DNA of 64,000 bases from Pelomyxa schiedti (GCA_020536535.1 JAHLWZ010000191.1:1-64000), one strand, 5' to 3'. Positions 36,801 through 50,988 are shown, numbered from the stretch's first letter. Numbers and translations: made by a program. The notes: generated by a model from the sequence alone, not told the origin.

Positions 36801-37331
36801 CGAGGACGACGCAGACGACGAAGCAGAAGACGAAGAAAACGGGATTGGCTTTGCGGAATTAGGGCCCCCCATTCCCCTCTGAGGAGCCCTTGGTGACCGC
36901 GGGGAGTTCACAGGGGTCCTGGGCGAGTGGGTCCGCGGGGAGGGGGCGACGTTGATGCCGCCGCCGCCCCCGCCACCAGAGGCCAGAGAGAGCGAGAGGA
37001 GCAGGGGGGGCGGGGAGGCGAATATGGGGCCGCCCGGGGGGCACGTGCAGAAGCTGGGGGACGTGGGGGTGGTGCGGCCGCCGAGGTCCAGGTGGCGCGG
37101 GGACAGAGAGGGCGAGGGCGAGGTGAGAGGCGGAGGCGGGTAGTAAGAAGATGGGGAGGCGTGGGGTTGCTGGGTGCTGCTGCTGGATGCGTTGGGCCAG
37201 AGGGCAAAGTTGGGGGGCCACAGGCAAGGGGGTGTCAGTGGGGGCCGGGGCGTTGGCGGGCTCTGGGGCGAAGCTGGGGAACCGCCCGTGGCGGGCGACG
37301 GGGGCGAGGGGGCCGAGAAAAGCAGTGACAT
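33824..37331 (-). CDS. ACS: AMP-forming acetyl-CoA synthetase with a Pro/Ser-rich N-terminal extension (start uncertain)
   Basis: WFRGGKLNACYNCLDR, ACARIGAIHSVVF, YTSGSTGVPKG, DTYWQTESG, YLTGD, GRVEDLINVSGRR, LPKTRSGKTMRRLLR. Confidence 0.92.
34226..34564. repeat. (TTTTG)n / (AAAAC)n microsatellite inside an ACS intron, spanning an N gap
   Basis: Perfect pentamer array on both sides of the gap at 34346-34445. Confidence 0.97.
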
Positions 37332-37686
37332 ACAGCGTGTGTTGGAGGAGAGTGCGAGGGGAGGGGAAGTGGGTTTGGAGAATTGGGAAGATTGGAGCTG
37401 AGGCAAGGACGTAATAAGGTATTTGGTGTTTAGTGCAGGTTGAGGTGCTGTTGTTCAAATTATTTCTTTTTTTTGTTTGTTTTGTTTGGTTGGTTGTTTT
37501 CCGTTGAGTTGTCTTGATTTACAGGGTTTCGTCGGTACTGAAGCGGCAAGTTGTGTTTTTCGGCACGGTGCCGAAAATGTTTCATGAAGTTGACGAATCT
37601 ACCGCCTCTTTCGCGACGTCTAATCGGGGAAAGTGCACCTTCAATTGATTTCGTGGTTGGAAAATTTTGGGGTGTTATTGGTAAAG

Positions 37687-39268
37687 TCATGAACTATCTG
37701 GTGCTGAGTGCGAGTCAGTGTCAGAATTTGAGGACACTGAGGAATCGCTACTACTAGATGTCCTTGCATGCTTTCTCTTGTTGGTCTTGGTGTGGTGTGA
37801 TAGAAACTTGTCAAGGAGGTAGGGGTCTTGCTCTATCACAAGTTTTTCAAGTGACTCTGTTGTTGGTTTTGGTTTTGGTGTTGGTGCTGAGGAAGATACA
37901 GGTGTTGTAGGGTGGTATTTTGAAGAACTCTGGGGTGTGCCAACCCTATTGGGAGAATGACTTTGTTTGTGTGCTGATTTGTAGCTGGTGCCAGTCTTGG
38001 TGTGGGAGTGTTTTTGATGGTGTGTGTGAGAGTGTGAGATTTTCTTGTGCTTATTCGTATCAGATGACGGCTTTGATGTGACTTCCTCTTCCACATTTTG
38101 AGGGGATGGTGAATGTGTTTGTGCTGAAGGAAGCAAGGGTAGGCCTAGGTCCCTTCTGATGGACATTTCTTCATCTTGGATTTTTTCCCGCTTCATATCT
38201 TTGTAAAGAATTAGTTTCTTCCGTTGTTGCTGCTTCCACCCCTCAAGTTGATCAGCAGCAAATAATTCACATTGTACTGAGACGCGTGCTTCTAGTTCTT
38301 GCATACTAACAGCTGTATCCTGGTTGCTAGTTAGCCTGATTTGTCTTGTGGAAAGGGAGAAACCATAATTTGTTTTCTCATTAAGTCAACAGCCTTACAT
38401 ATCCGGGGCAATGCCTGAAGTTCTTGATGGAGCTTGTGCAATTCGATAACCTCAGTTTTTGTCCGGTCCATTAGTATTGGAGCTTTGCTTTCTGCTTGAG
38501 CTACGCGACGCCCAATTCGGAGATGGTTCTTCCGTATTCCTGTTATCTTGAGAGAGGTCACACATCATACAAGGTGGGAGTAACTTACCATAACACTGTA
38601 ATTGTTAAGGAGGTCTCGGCCAGCAAAATAATTTATGCCACAAAGCAAGTCATCAGGAATAGTAAGAGGAACAGGAGTGGTTTCCAATAATTGTCCAATA
38701 GCACCTATGCGAAAAGAGCAACAACGAAATTAAAATGCAGTAAGATAGAATGACGATGCAACTCACTCAAGGAGAAAATGTCTTTGAAAAATGGTGTGGA
38801 ATCATTGGATTTCCTGCTTGTGCTTGGCAGAGCCATCAATGGTTGGGGAGCAATTTTTACTGTAGGAGCTGTTGGCTCCGCGACCAACTTGGGGGTGCCG
38901 ATAGCATGGACTTGGCGTTTCTGTTGATGTTTCTCGTTGGTGGAGGGGGCTCTTTCGTGACCCACAATTGGTTCTTGCTTTGATTGGGTGGAGGTGGCAG
39001 TACTTCCACCAGTCGTCGGCGATGTGTGCAACCCGCGGTTGTGGGTGGCGGGAGAGGTCTTGGCTGGGGTAGGGATTATGGGAGCCCGCCGTGGGTCCGC
39101 CCACGGTGTTGCCCCAGTACCAGACAAAGGGGACATCGACGACATTGTGGGTTGGGGCTGCAGCATTGTATCTGTAGCGAGCTGGTCAAGAGCTTGCGAC
39201 ATAGCATCACCAGCCTTGTCGAGTGCACTGTTTGCTGTGGCTTTCAGGAAAGAAAAAAACTTGCTCAT
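37687..39268 (-). CDS. Coiled-coil protein, dysbindin (BLOC-1 subunit)-like, with low-complexity flanks
   Basis: AGRDLLNNY..LHKLHQELQALPRICKAVDLMRKQI..MQELEARV resembles the dysbindin coiled coil; recognised by eye only. Confidence 0.45.
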
Positions 39269-39355
39269 GGGCCTTGCCTGGTTTTGTTGGAAAAAAAAGA
39301 AGATTATGATGATCATTCTTCATCAATCACGACCGTGTTTCTGAGAAAGCGATCA

Positions 39356-39748
39356 TTACTCAGACAAAAGGGTCTCGACCAACTTGGGGTCGGTGCACTC
39401 GGCCTCCACGAGCCTGCCTACTTCGGCGCCGTGGACGAACCTGACAAGCGTGGGTATTCTCTGGAGCCGCAGTTTGCTCTTGCGATACGCGTTCGCGGGG
39501 TCGCGCCACTGCTCGCGCGTGGCGATCTCGCAGACGTAGACGACGACGCGCCCAGAGGCCATAGCCGCACCTAGAATGCGGTCGACCGTGGCGTGGAGCA
39601 CCGAGTCGGCCGCGGCGCAGTCTGGGCACCACATCGACCCGGTGGCGGCGTCCAGGCCCGAGACGAACACGAAGACTGCGTCCCGTCTGTTGGCAACTAC
39701 GTCGGCCAGTTTCGCCACGCCTTCCTCTGCGGTGTTGCACCTCTGCAT
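39356..39748 (-). CDS. TXNDC17: Thioredoxin domain-containing protein 17 (DUF953/TRP14), intronless
   Basis: WCPDC active site; W+DPANAYR..L+LQRIPTLV pattern. Confidence 0.9.
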   Translation of the reverse strand: MQRCNTAEEGVAKLADVVANRRDAVFVFVSGLDAATGSMWCPDCAAADSVLHATVDRILGAAMASGRVVVYVCEIATREQWRDPANAYRKSKLRLQRIPTLVRFVHGAEVGRLVEAECTDPKLVETLLSE

Positions 39749-40040
39749 TCAAATTTGTGTTGTGTTTGGAAAAATATGATGAAACGACACATCACTTCTC
39801 CGAACACAATCTCCAGAGAGATTGACGAAATTCTATCGAGAACATTTCTAGAGACAGCAATGTAGTATCTTCCGACTCCCGGGCATTCCTCTCTGTCTCC
39901 ATGGTGACCAATGCCCGTGGGAATAAAAAGGCAACAACCGACTCTGCGGCAGTTTGTTTCTTCCATTATTTCCGGCGTGCCGCTGTTAGCTTTATTTTTA
40001 TTTTATTTTATTTTCTTTTTTTTTTTTTATTGTATCGTGC

Positions 40041-41369
40041 ATGCACAAAAGGAACACAACCAACGGCAAACACCACAGCGGGGCATCCTCCAGCGGCAGC
40101 CTACTTTCGCCCCTCATCAACGCAATAACCTCACCCCTGTCTGCACTCTCGCCAAACTCGTCGGGAACGTCGGCCGCTAGGCACCAGCACCACCCTCACA
40201 GGTCCAGGAGCCCAGGCTCGGGTTCGCAGAGGGGAAGCTCGGGCCCGGCGTCCCATAATGCCATCGGGAGCAACGCCAACCTGCTCAGGGTCCCCGTAGT
40301 GGCCTCGCCCCACATGGCGTGCTACCCGCCGCAGTACGCCCAGTTCGCGGCCTTCCAGCAGCAGCAACAGATCCAGATGCAACAACAGGCTCAGTACCTG
40401 GTACCTGGGGCTCAGTTGACTCAGTTCGGCATGGCCCCTGCTTCGGGGGCCACGGCGACCATCCCGCAGTTCGGTATTATGGGCATTCCCCAGCAACAGA
40501 TGCAATTGCAAATGCAGCCCCAAGCTCTTTACACAGGGAGTCCTCAGTACTCCATGGTCCCCCACCCAACGGCAATGATGACGGGATTTGGCGGTTCCCC
40601 TACGGGGGGCCCCAACCCACAATTCACTATCACGCCCTCGCCTACTCCCGCGCCACCGGCGGCGACGATGTTTGCGCCTCCCCAGATTGGCCAAATGGGA
40701 CCAGTTCAGCCATTCTCGGGTGCCCCGATTGGGAACCTCGGCCGTTTTACGCTAACGCAACCCACCCCTCAAATTACAGTAACCCCACCCCCTGCTGATA
40801 CTAATGTTTCATGGTCTGGAAGTGGGACTGTTGGTGTTGGTATCAATGGAATTGGAAAGCAGCATAATCAGCACTCTCAGCCACAACCTCCGAGTTATCT
40901 TGCCACCAGCGAGTTTGACAGCGATGACAGTGCCTCATCCTATGATTGCAGCAGTGACACAATGTCTCCCACTGGCGCATCCCCAACGAATTTCGATGAG
41001 CAGAGCCCTGGAACGACACCACCAAATCCGGAGGTTCAGATGACTGACCATATGCCCACGAAGAATGTAACCCCGCGCCAACCTCCACCCTATCCCTCTG
41101 TAACTGCGCCTCCTAACCAGTCACAGCCTGCGTCCTATGTAAATCAACAGCTTCTGGTTCAACAACTTCAATTTCAACTTGATCAACAAGAAATGCAAAT
41201 TCAGCAAATGAAACAGCAACTTCAACAGCACAAACAAGATATTTCCGCTCAATTTCAACAAAGTCCACAACCACAGCAACATTTTGGTCACCAGTGTCAA
41301 AACACACAACAGCAACAATTTTTTCAGCAGCAGCAGCAGCAACAACAACAACAGCTCCAACACCAACAC

Positions 41370-41415
<46 letters not shown>

Positions 41416-44400
41416 TCCAGCACCAACAACCACAACCACAACCACAATCACAACCACAACCCGCACACCCACACTTGCAGCAACACCAACCACTTTTACA
41501 ACAAAACCAACAACAAGCTCAGCAAACAACTCAAAGCACAGACAGGCAGATGGAAGCAAGACACACAGCGCAAGAAGGGGCCCCACTTCCTACACCCTAT
41601 AGTAGTTACTTTTCGTTACGAATTTTATTCTCAATGTAATTAGCACATCGTACGAGATTATTCCAGCGTTTGGGGATGTGGAGACACTATCCTCCGTTGT
41701 ACTACACTCGAATTGGCAGCTCAAATTTACTACTCTCACAGTCTTCCAATGAGGTACTGCTCAAATTAACACCTAAATTCACACTAAAAAACCAATAGGA
41801 AAACTGTAGTGAGAAAAAGTTGCCTTCTCTCTTTTGTGAACCGATCACCATCAATATTTATACTTCCTTTTCCTCCCTCTTCTTTCAGGTACCAGAAAAA
41901 AATAAATAAAAAAAGGTATAACGTTAACTTAATCATCAGACACCTGACACTAATTCTATCCGAGTTTATACGACATCATTCAGTGCAGTGGCACCTAGTA
42001 GTACCCTCCCTCTATCTCCAACGCCGCTCGTGTATGTTGTTAATAAGGACTTGTGGTTTGGCAAGTTCCAGGTACTGCCTTGGAACTTCCTTTTCTTTCT
42101 AATCTGTAAGTAGATTCACAATGCCATCTGGGCTGAATCACGTGGATTAGTTAAGGTTTCTTGGTTGCCAGAGACAAATTTATTTGACTCTTCTCTAGTC
42201 AAGGTAACAAGGTCATACATCTCTCATAACTAAAACCTTTTATAGCCACTTGCTGGGGAGCTTATATTCGCTTCTGACATGAATTCATTCCAAGGTGTAT
42301 GCTATTTCCCTAGATTGGATTCTACAACTATCCTTACTGTATGGGGTGTTAAGGTATCCAATCCTATTTCCTAGGTTTTTATTAAAAAAAAAAAAAAAAA
42401 CAAGCAAGTGCACTCGGCACCAGAAATCTATAACTACACACTAAATCGCAGAATGTCCGGTATTTTAGCAATTGTTAATCAAAAGATATTCTTTGGGAAT
42501 ATGCAGGTTTCTTTTCCCCGTAAGAAATCTTCTCCAAACAAAACTTCAAGGTTGTCAATCCTTCCTGGTATGTTACACCAAACGGAGAAAAAGCTGTTTC
42601 ATGGTCTTCAGGGCCAGAGCACAATAGTACAATGGTATTTCCAAACCCTTGAAACTACATCTTCTAATTAGAAGTAGCCTTCAGGTGCTGATCTCATTTT
42701 CTCTAATGATAAAACATTACGAGGGACCTGCTCATTTGATGGCAACCATACCTCCCTACATGTTTCAGGGTCTCTTCGAGAGCCTGTAGTTTTGAAGCAT
42801 TGTTAAAAAAAAATTAAACGCAAAGTAGGGTGATATAAGCATAGAAGAAATATGTGAAATTCTCCAATCCATGTTAAGTGAACCACCTCTCAGACAAAAC
42901 GTAGACTCTATGTTTGCTGATATGGTATATATTGGTTATGGTATTTGGATTTTGCTAATGACAATTCTGTGTTCCTAGGAACGAAGCCATAAGTACTACG
43001 AATTCACAACAAAAATTAACGATTCACCTGGTTGTCCCTTGTTTCTTGTACAACAGGAAATATGGTTCAACCAAGTTCAAGTAATATCAAACGGTTTTTC
43101 CAACTCTCACACTACAACAGGTCAACCGAATTACATGGCAGTCTGTACCGCAGGGAACGCGTGTTGTATGGTACCCTAATGACAACTTTATCGACTGCAT
43201 ATTGGATGGAAAAGTTGAAAAAGTTATTTCCATTCCCCACTCTATGTTGTTCCAACTGTCTTCACAAAACAGCCTCTTGCTGCTGACATCATCTTCAGTT
43301 CTGATATGAATCGTTTTTATGGAACTTGTCAAATGACCTCGGGTGGCCCTGTTCTTTCTTTTACAGGGTCAGTCACAACAGAGGTACAGTAAAAATCTAG
43401 CTCATTCACGCTCTGAAATCAAACAATCAGAATTTGGTTACACCGTCGAATATTGCTCCCCGACTTCATGCTCTACTTAAGACCCCATTAGAAAGAAAAT
43501 CTTTCATCTCTAATCTTTTGACAATCGTACTTTCCCACCTCTCAATTGACGTTTTGATGCACTAACTTATTGTAGTCAGGAGCAAAGGAGCCATCTTTAG
43601 AAGTTGTGGGACTATTTTGTGACGAGGATCATAATGTTTGCTTCGAGCTTCCCTTTAAAACAATCAATTCGAACACCTATACATTGTCGATAGCACCAGG
43701 TATGAACCGAAATAATAGTAACGTGTTCCTAAGTGTTGTACAGAACAATTGAAATTACCAATCACTGGCAGTCCTCCCCGCACTCACAACATTCATGCCA
43801 TAATTATTGCAGGCTTTTGTACAACAGGTATCTCCACCATCAGGTAAGAGAAATAACAAATATTAGGGTCTTTCAGTAACTGCATAAGTCTTCGTTTGGT
43901 TTGTTCGTCTGGAAGGAAAAACCCCTCAGTTGGGGGTGACGGTGTACTTCTGGACTGGGATGTTGATTGCAGTGGGAGTCATACAGGATTTCTCCCTGTA
44001 GTTTTATATGAACCCCGAATCGGGACATCCCCATCTCAATGGGCAATAAAAGTGTGCAGTAGAATTATAACACAATTAGGTTCACTTACCACCTTGTAGA
44101 GGCTTGCCTGCTCTGATAATGGTATACCATGGACAGATCCCCGATCTCAAGTAAAGTTATCGCTGGCTGAAATTCTACCCTTGCCCCAGTCCCTTCACAA
44201 GCTTCTTATTATAAGGGTATACACTCCTATTTAATTATCCCATTCAACCAAAATAAAAGATAATATCGATATCGAGTTCCCTGAAAGATAATTCTGCACT
44301 GTATGTATTGAGCTAACTGCTTATTCCTATCATGCACATCTTGACCTACCCCTAGATTTGTCGAGTTGTGCTACGGTTCCAACAAGTCCACAACCAAATT

Positions 44401-45065
44401 CTCCATGTAGTCTTCACTCACTTCATATATTCCGATGTACTTATGCACATAATAGGTCCAAAGAAGGGAAGAGTGTTTTCAACACTACTCTAGTTGTTCC
44501 TTACCAAAAAGGAGCCGTTCTTCGGTTTCTAGTCAAACTTAGAAGTAACTCCTGGAATCCAACAACCCCCACGACAACAACCACCAGTAACAGCAGCGGC
44601 ACCGGCAGCGATTCCAACACTCCACCCCCACCACAATCACAACAACAACAACAACAACCACTGCCACTACAGCTGCAACAACAAACACAACAGCCCCCCA
44701 TGGCATCCTCCCCACCACTGTCATCCTCACCTTCCTGCATGGACTTTGGTGAAGTCTGCATCAACCCAGAGAACCCGGTGTACTTTGACAGTGGAACTGG
44801 GGTAACGAGCACAAGCCCAACCACGCCAACGAATTCACCGAGAACGCCCAGGACTGCCTCGCCAATGTCAAGCCTGAGGAGTGACACTGAGGATGAGGAG
44901 GATGAGGACTCACTGCTGACACCATTGATTGTGGAGCCAGAGACTGACTACACAATCATAAACAAGAAGATAAGTCCTGCCGGGGAGAAGGTCAACACAA
45001 TCGTGGGTGTAATGCGAATCTCAGCCTACATGGCCTACAGTAAAGTAAAGGACAAAGTTCTATGA
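40041..45065 (+). CDS. Large hypothetical protein with a Gln/Pro-rich N-terminal exon, an internally duplicated domain and a possible C2-like C-terminal region
   Basis: 532-codon first ORF with polyQ; downstream short exons can be joined in frame; last exon 44358-45065 ends SKVKDKVL*. Confidence 0.6.
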
Positions 45066-45203
45066 TCTTACTGGTTTTTTCGTGTGGACCAGACTTTTTT
45101 ACAACAAGAACAAAGTTGTCGAGGATGTTCCCTGTTAAAACTTGTGTTGTTGTGCAACACAGGTGAAACCACAAGGGTATGCTGTAGTGAGTGTTGGTGT
45201 GTT

Positions 45204-47100
45204 ATGGTTATTTCAAGCTTGATGTTTAGCCACCTGAAACCACTCCGTCCGTTACAACCGACAACACCTCGTTCTTCTCTCATCACAGTTATTTCTGTTG
45301 TTTATCTCGTCGTCTTTTGTGTTGGTAGATTCTACCGGTTCTACCTCTTCTGCTATTGGGGTACTATTTAGTCTTTGGGGTGACCTGGCATTGACCCCAG
45401 GACAGCTGATGTGGCTCATTGTGAGGCAATATACTGAAGAGGGGTACTTGGTTGCTGTGAGCCTTCCAGATATGAGGACTAAATGGCTATATTGGTTTTT
45501 CACTTGGTACAGTGATGATGTTGATGGAATCTTTGCTCCTCCATCACTTTGTCCTGAAAGGTTCCTTTCAGAAAGATAACGTATTCCTCAAGCCCTCATA
45601 GCGAGTGGAATAGCACCGCATGCGCTCCTGTTATTCTTGGGCTATACGGGAGACCTATTGCATTAAATCCCTGGAATGGAACAACCATTTGGGAAAAGGA
45701 AAGTATTCCAGGCTACTATGCAGTTGAGTTTGCTGTATCTGACGATGCGGTCTACATTCTGTGGTGCCTAAATGGAATGACTACCAATCTTCTTGAATCT
45801 ATCGATATACACACTGGAAACACAAAGTGGAACTTGACACTTATTGGCGGGGATATGAGGTATATATTACACTCTACCGTCCCTCCTCAACTTCGTGCAG
45901 CTCTCTACTTGTTGAAAATGAGATAATTTATCTGAGTCAGCGGGTAGAACCCTATGACCTTGGACACAATGAGCCTACCCATGGATCTGTGGCCTACATT
46001 GATTCTAAAAAGGGAGTTCTCCTTGGGACTTCTTATCCTGGTGCAGTCCTCGCCATTGCGGTATTGGTTTTGTTCATTCTAATTAATTCATCTATCATCA
46101 AGGATTTGGATGATGGCCCTTCATCATTTATTTTGGTCAATGATACTTCTATAATACTTTTCCCATCTGTTTACGAACTAGATAATCCTGCTTGGTCTGT
46201 TGATGCACCATTCACGAACGAACAGATATTTGATAGCTGCATCTACCTTACAAACGGAGAGGGAGTTCTGTATGTTGCATGGATGGACTCTGTATGGGAG
46301 GATCCCTTGTTATACATCGGAGCATGGAGATTTTCGGATGGAGCTCACATGTGGACTTTCTCTGCCGGCAGGGTTCCTTTTGCATACCATGTACACCTGA
46401 ACTTGGTGCGTCAGTTTTCCGGATACAAGGACCAACTACACGTTCAACTTGGAGTCACACTCCCTTCAGAACTAGGTTGTTTCTTTACAAGACGAAGTGA
46501 CAATTATTCCTTACTGGGCTTCAGCTGACACTCTAGAGTTCTTCTTCATTTCGTGCTGCAGTGACCACGGTGACTGCCTTGAGAACCAGATGTGTGATTG
46601 CGATGAAAACTACTTTGCACCAGACTGCAGCGTTTTTTGCGACATCCAGCTTTGTTCATCACTCCCCATGCATACTTGTTCAAGTTAGAAACCCCAAATC
46701 ACATATTCCGGTACCTTTTGAGTAACCCAATTCAGGTCAGGGTTGTATCTGTGTCAGGTCAGGGTTGGATTGGGTTTTGGTTGCTGCCTTTGGGCTTTTG
46801 ACTGATGATGTGAGATGGATGGCTTTGAGCTTGTGTTGTTTCTGGATGAAGATGTTGGGGGAGGTTGACCAAAGCATTTGTGGTCAGCCTCCCATTTTTC
46901 GCGAGATTGACTTTGAAATTTACCCATACCTTTTTATACCGCTGGTACATCAATCATCATCTACTTGGTGGTATCTCGTAGATATTACAGTCACAGAGTG
47001 AGGAGGAGGTGCCTGTGCGTTTTGCAGTTAGAACTAAGAAGTAATAAGCACTCAATTAAATACCAAGCGGATGATGGCTCAATTCCCATATCGGCCTCTG
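45204..47100 (+). CDS. Putative secreted or membrane protein with a PQQ-like beta-propeller and EGF-like Cys module (3' end unresolved)
   Basis: ATG|intron|LFLLFISSSFVLV signal; repeats such as ALNPWNGTTIWE, SIDIHTGNTKWN, AWRFSDGAHMWT; CCSDHGDC...CDCDENYFAPDC. Confidence 0.5.
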
Positions 47101-48189
47101 TGTTTCTTCAACAATAGTGAAGCTACCACCAATAAATTTGTCTCCTACCACCGATTAAGAACAATGCACAGAGAAATTTACATCGTTTTTGCATGTTGTG
47201 TTCCAAGTTGGAGTTTTCGAAAAAAAAAAACAAAGACAAACCAAATCGCGATAGACATACCTTGGTATTGTTGTAATGTGTACTTGAAACAACGACCGTA
47301 GCGTTATGTGTCGGTGTTACGGGTGTGGCGCATCTCTAACTCTTTTTGGTTTTTATTTTTTTGTTTGTTTGTTTTTTGTCTTGTGTCTAATGTGTTTCGG
47401 CTTCCGCAGAATTTTCTGTTGAACTTTGCGTATTGCAATTGTGAGTCTCAATAGTGTTTTACCTTGCAGGATCTGAGGGATACCACTCGTAGTGTGTCTG
47501 GATTTCCCCATAGTCTTCTAGCTTTTGTTACCAGAGTCCATGGATCAGATCTGCTCCGAAATCAATCTAAATTTATTGTGGTGTGTAGGGTTGGGTTAGC
47601 TGAAGAGGTGATGGTTAAGGGTTTTAGGAGCTGGAGTAAAATTAGTGCCAGTGAGGCTACATCAAACTCAAAAGGGTGACAGTCTCTTCATTGTTAACAC
47701 CAAGTAGCGGCGAGCTATGAGGTTTTTCATCTGTGAAGGCTTCGTTGTGGGAAGGATCCTGTATTCAGTTGTTACAGGAGATGGGCTCAAATTGTTACGT
47801 GGAACTTACATTGAGCCGCTCAATCGACTCCCATCCCAGGTACCTCATCAAAGAGCTCTCGAAGTGTAAGCAGCGAGAATGTCCTCTACTCATGCGAAAC
47901 AGAACCACAATATACGATTATATAGAAACTCAAGGTACGGAACCGTAGGAAGAAAAAAGAGGCAACACCCGGTAGCACCACTAAACCTCTCTTCTTTTTC
48001 GTTCGAACGAAATTTTTGCAAGGAAAGGAAAAAAAATTTCATCATTTTTCTTCCTTTTGCGAAAAGTTGGAAGGACTGATGGATTGTTGGGCTTCATTTC
48101 CTCAGTCCGTGGAAAGAACAAGAAGCACTGTGCTTGTCAATGCATTGCTTGGCCTGTCTTTTTTTCTGACTTGTTCAAAAATATCCAAT

Positions 48190-50314
48190 TCACAGTGTGG
48201 CCAAGGCCTTCAGCCCCGCAAGAACGGAAGTGATATGCGGGCGCTATTCATGTAAGAATAAGTAAGAATGGGGAAAAAAATCAAACTTGGCAAGGGTCCT
48301 GATGCCAGCAGCTAGTGATTAAGTTTGCCTATTGTTGGATAAGTATTTTGTCAGAGACAATGGGCAACAAACCAAAAGAAAGGGGGTGGCGGCAATGCAG
48401 TGGTTCAAACTATGTGGACAGGACACACTGTATGGGACATCTGGCCGGTATCCTTGGGCCACCTCATGCATGACAGTTTGCAAATCCAGTGTGCCAAAAG
48501 GCAGGGCCTCCATAAAAATTTCGAACAGGATCAGACCGGTAGAGTAACTGTGTACAGTGAAAAACTAAATATAACTACAGGTAGGTACACGTCAGATTCC
48601 AAAGTCGACATTGCACCCCGGGATTGCAATTCTGGTGCCCAATAATAACCTTTTTACTACGTAAGCTTCAGAAAAAGAATAATTGGCTAGTACATGCACC
48701 ACGAACACCTTCTTCAGGCTTGGATACAAAGTGACCACAACCAAAATCAGAAAGCTTTTTTAAATGAGAAATCCACCTGATTGTGGTATATTTAAAATTA
48801 CCTTCACAGAACACTGGGAATCCACCAAGAAATTGTTCAACTTGAGGTCACTGTTAGGAATGAGAAATAAGTACTTATTCTGAGGTGATTAGATACCCAT
48901 GCACGATGTTGCTACAGTGGGCAGTCGTGATGCCAAGCACCTGAAATACATAAATAAAAGGAAGTTCAGTGAATTCACTACCACTTGAATGGCTAGGGAG
49001 AGCTTCGTTACAAAGGGTAATCCTTGCGCAATATGAAAGCTAAAACCTTGCTCTGGGTAGTGCACCAACATATCCAGAGTACCTGCCATCTTCTCTAGGA
49101 AAAGTGTTGGTACACCAGATGTAGAAATCCCTGAAAGAGAGTGAAAAGGCAAAAAGTGGAGTGGACAATAACAAGGTAAACGTACCAAACATAGTAGTGA
49201 CGTGGGGACCAGCAGCATGTCTAAATATTTACAATTATCACAGGAAAGGAGGAACTGGGGCACAAAATGTAGAAGAAGGACCTCCTTCCACAACATCTCC
49301 CTCTCACACTGCTTGACAACCATTATTTCGTGATCCACCAATGCTGTGAAAGAATGAGATATAGATAACATTCAGCTCCCGTCTATATAAAAATGCAAAA
49401 CATCTGTAGAAAACCTTTGTAAACCACACTAAAGTGGCCTCGGCCAATGACCTCGAGCAACTGCACATGCGAAGGCTCGATGTTCCGAATATGTCGTATT
49501 TCAGAACTCACAGTGGGTGTGCGTACCAGTGGGGCCATTTCGAATGGTCCCTCGAGCTTCAGCAGGGAGCCGTTGAACAAAGGGGGGTCCTCTACGGCCC
49601 TTCTCGCGGCCTCATAACGTTGGAAACGGAGCTCGGTCAGCTCCGTCGTTTTCTTCACATACAGAAGAGCTCTAATCAAGTGTTGTGAGGAGAGTAATGC
49701 GAACATCTCGAGACAATACATATAGCGAGTTCGCGCGAGAACAAAGACTTCACTATTAACAAAAACGATGCACAACATACGATTGGAGTGTGTTCGGTGC
49801 GAGATTGAGCGGTATTGTTATTTTTCACAGAGTGAGTTCACACGGGGGAGTCCAGGGAAACAGTTCTTTGATCCTGTCGACAGAAGTGCCTTTCGGCCAC
49901 CGTTTTGTTGTGGTAACCAACCACCTCGTGGCCTCCATTGCCGTCACTTTTTTCTTTTTCTTGTTTTTTCATCTGGATCTTGGAGTTTGGATGGCATCTG
50001 TCTAAGGTGTCATTTACTTTCGTAGACAGCCAGCCGAAAAAAGACAGTGAGTGACATCGACTACTGGGTCGACTGAAACAAGCCCGAAGTTATCAACAGG
50101 TATTCTTGGTAATACATGAGTTTCTCAACGTACCTTCAGCTGACTGAGATTTGGTGCTCAGTGTTACATCTACAGAGGAAGCTGTGCTGCTAAACTTATT
50201 GCAGGTGTTGCTAATAGTTGCAATGAGACACATAGGCTGCTCTTTGGTTTTCAATGTCAGCAACACCAAATCAGCCGAATATACGAAAGCTGCACTCCTC
50301 CTTTGCCCTGTCAT
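48190..50314 (-). CDS. TKL-type protein kinase (ends approximate; exon-like sequence may continue to ~47400)
   Basis: LLEVIGRGHFSVVYKG, DLKLNNFLVD, KLSDFG, YYWAPE, SDVYSTGLILFEIF, LITSCWHQDP. Confidence 0.8.
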
Positions 50315-50701
50315 GTTTGAAGACTTGACTACTCTCCATTGTGTATTTCACTGAGGTTTGGTTTGTGTATGACCAGTAATGCAGGAGTTGGAAAAAGTGA
50401 GACCCTCCAGACAAACAAGTCAGTGGTCATCAGGCCAAAAACTGATTCGTACCAACGAGGGAAAAAAACCCGGCACCAACCGTGTCATACCACAGTGTTT
50501 TTCTGAGAATAATTCCTTTACAGATCAAAGAGGTATTTGTAAAGAACGACACCGAGGGCAGAAGAATGGGGGGGAGAAACACTTTCATAACCTGTAAAAC
50601 ACTCAGTGGGGCTCTGGAAGGAGTTATTAACTGCAGATGGAATTCGACGATCTGCTGGACACTAAATTTAGTTTCTGTTCAACTCGACCCCGTTTTGTGT
50701 C

Positions 50702-50955
50702 ATGGCAGCGAGGCCAGACCGCACTCCATTGGCTCGGAGTGCATCGTCTACCACAAGTTCAGCGTCTACGTCGTCGTTGCGTTCGTCTTCTCGCGTTTCG
50801 TCAAGTACAACCGTGCTGAGCGCGGAGGAGCAGCACGAGCAAGCGGCGCTGCTGCGGGACTTGCCCGCCGCCAGGCCAGACGAGCGGTCCTGGTTTGCTC
50901 GCTTCGGCCGTCATTTTGAGGGATTCATCAGCGGCGTTGTTGCTGCCGCCGGTTC

Positions 50956-50988
<33 letters not shown>

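Noticed and set aside
45500-45600. Frameshift or in-frame stop in the propeller/EGF gene
   Set aside because: Explained by a plausible ~41-nt GTTGAT..GAAAG intron that restores the frame.
47400-48190. A second kinase or pseudokinase domain downstream of the TKL kinase
   Set aside because: Fragments are suggestive (FDVASLALILLQLL, WYPSDPAR), but I could not build a stop-free spliced frame, so it is not called.
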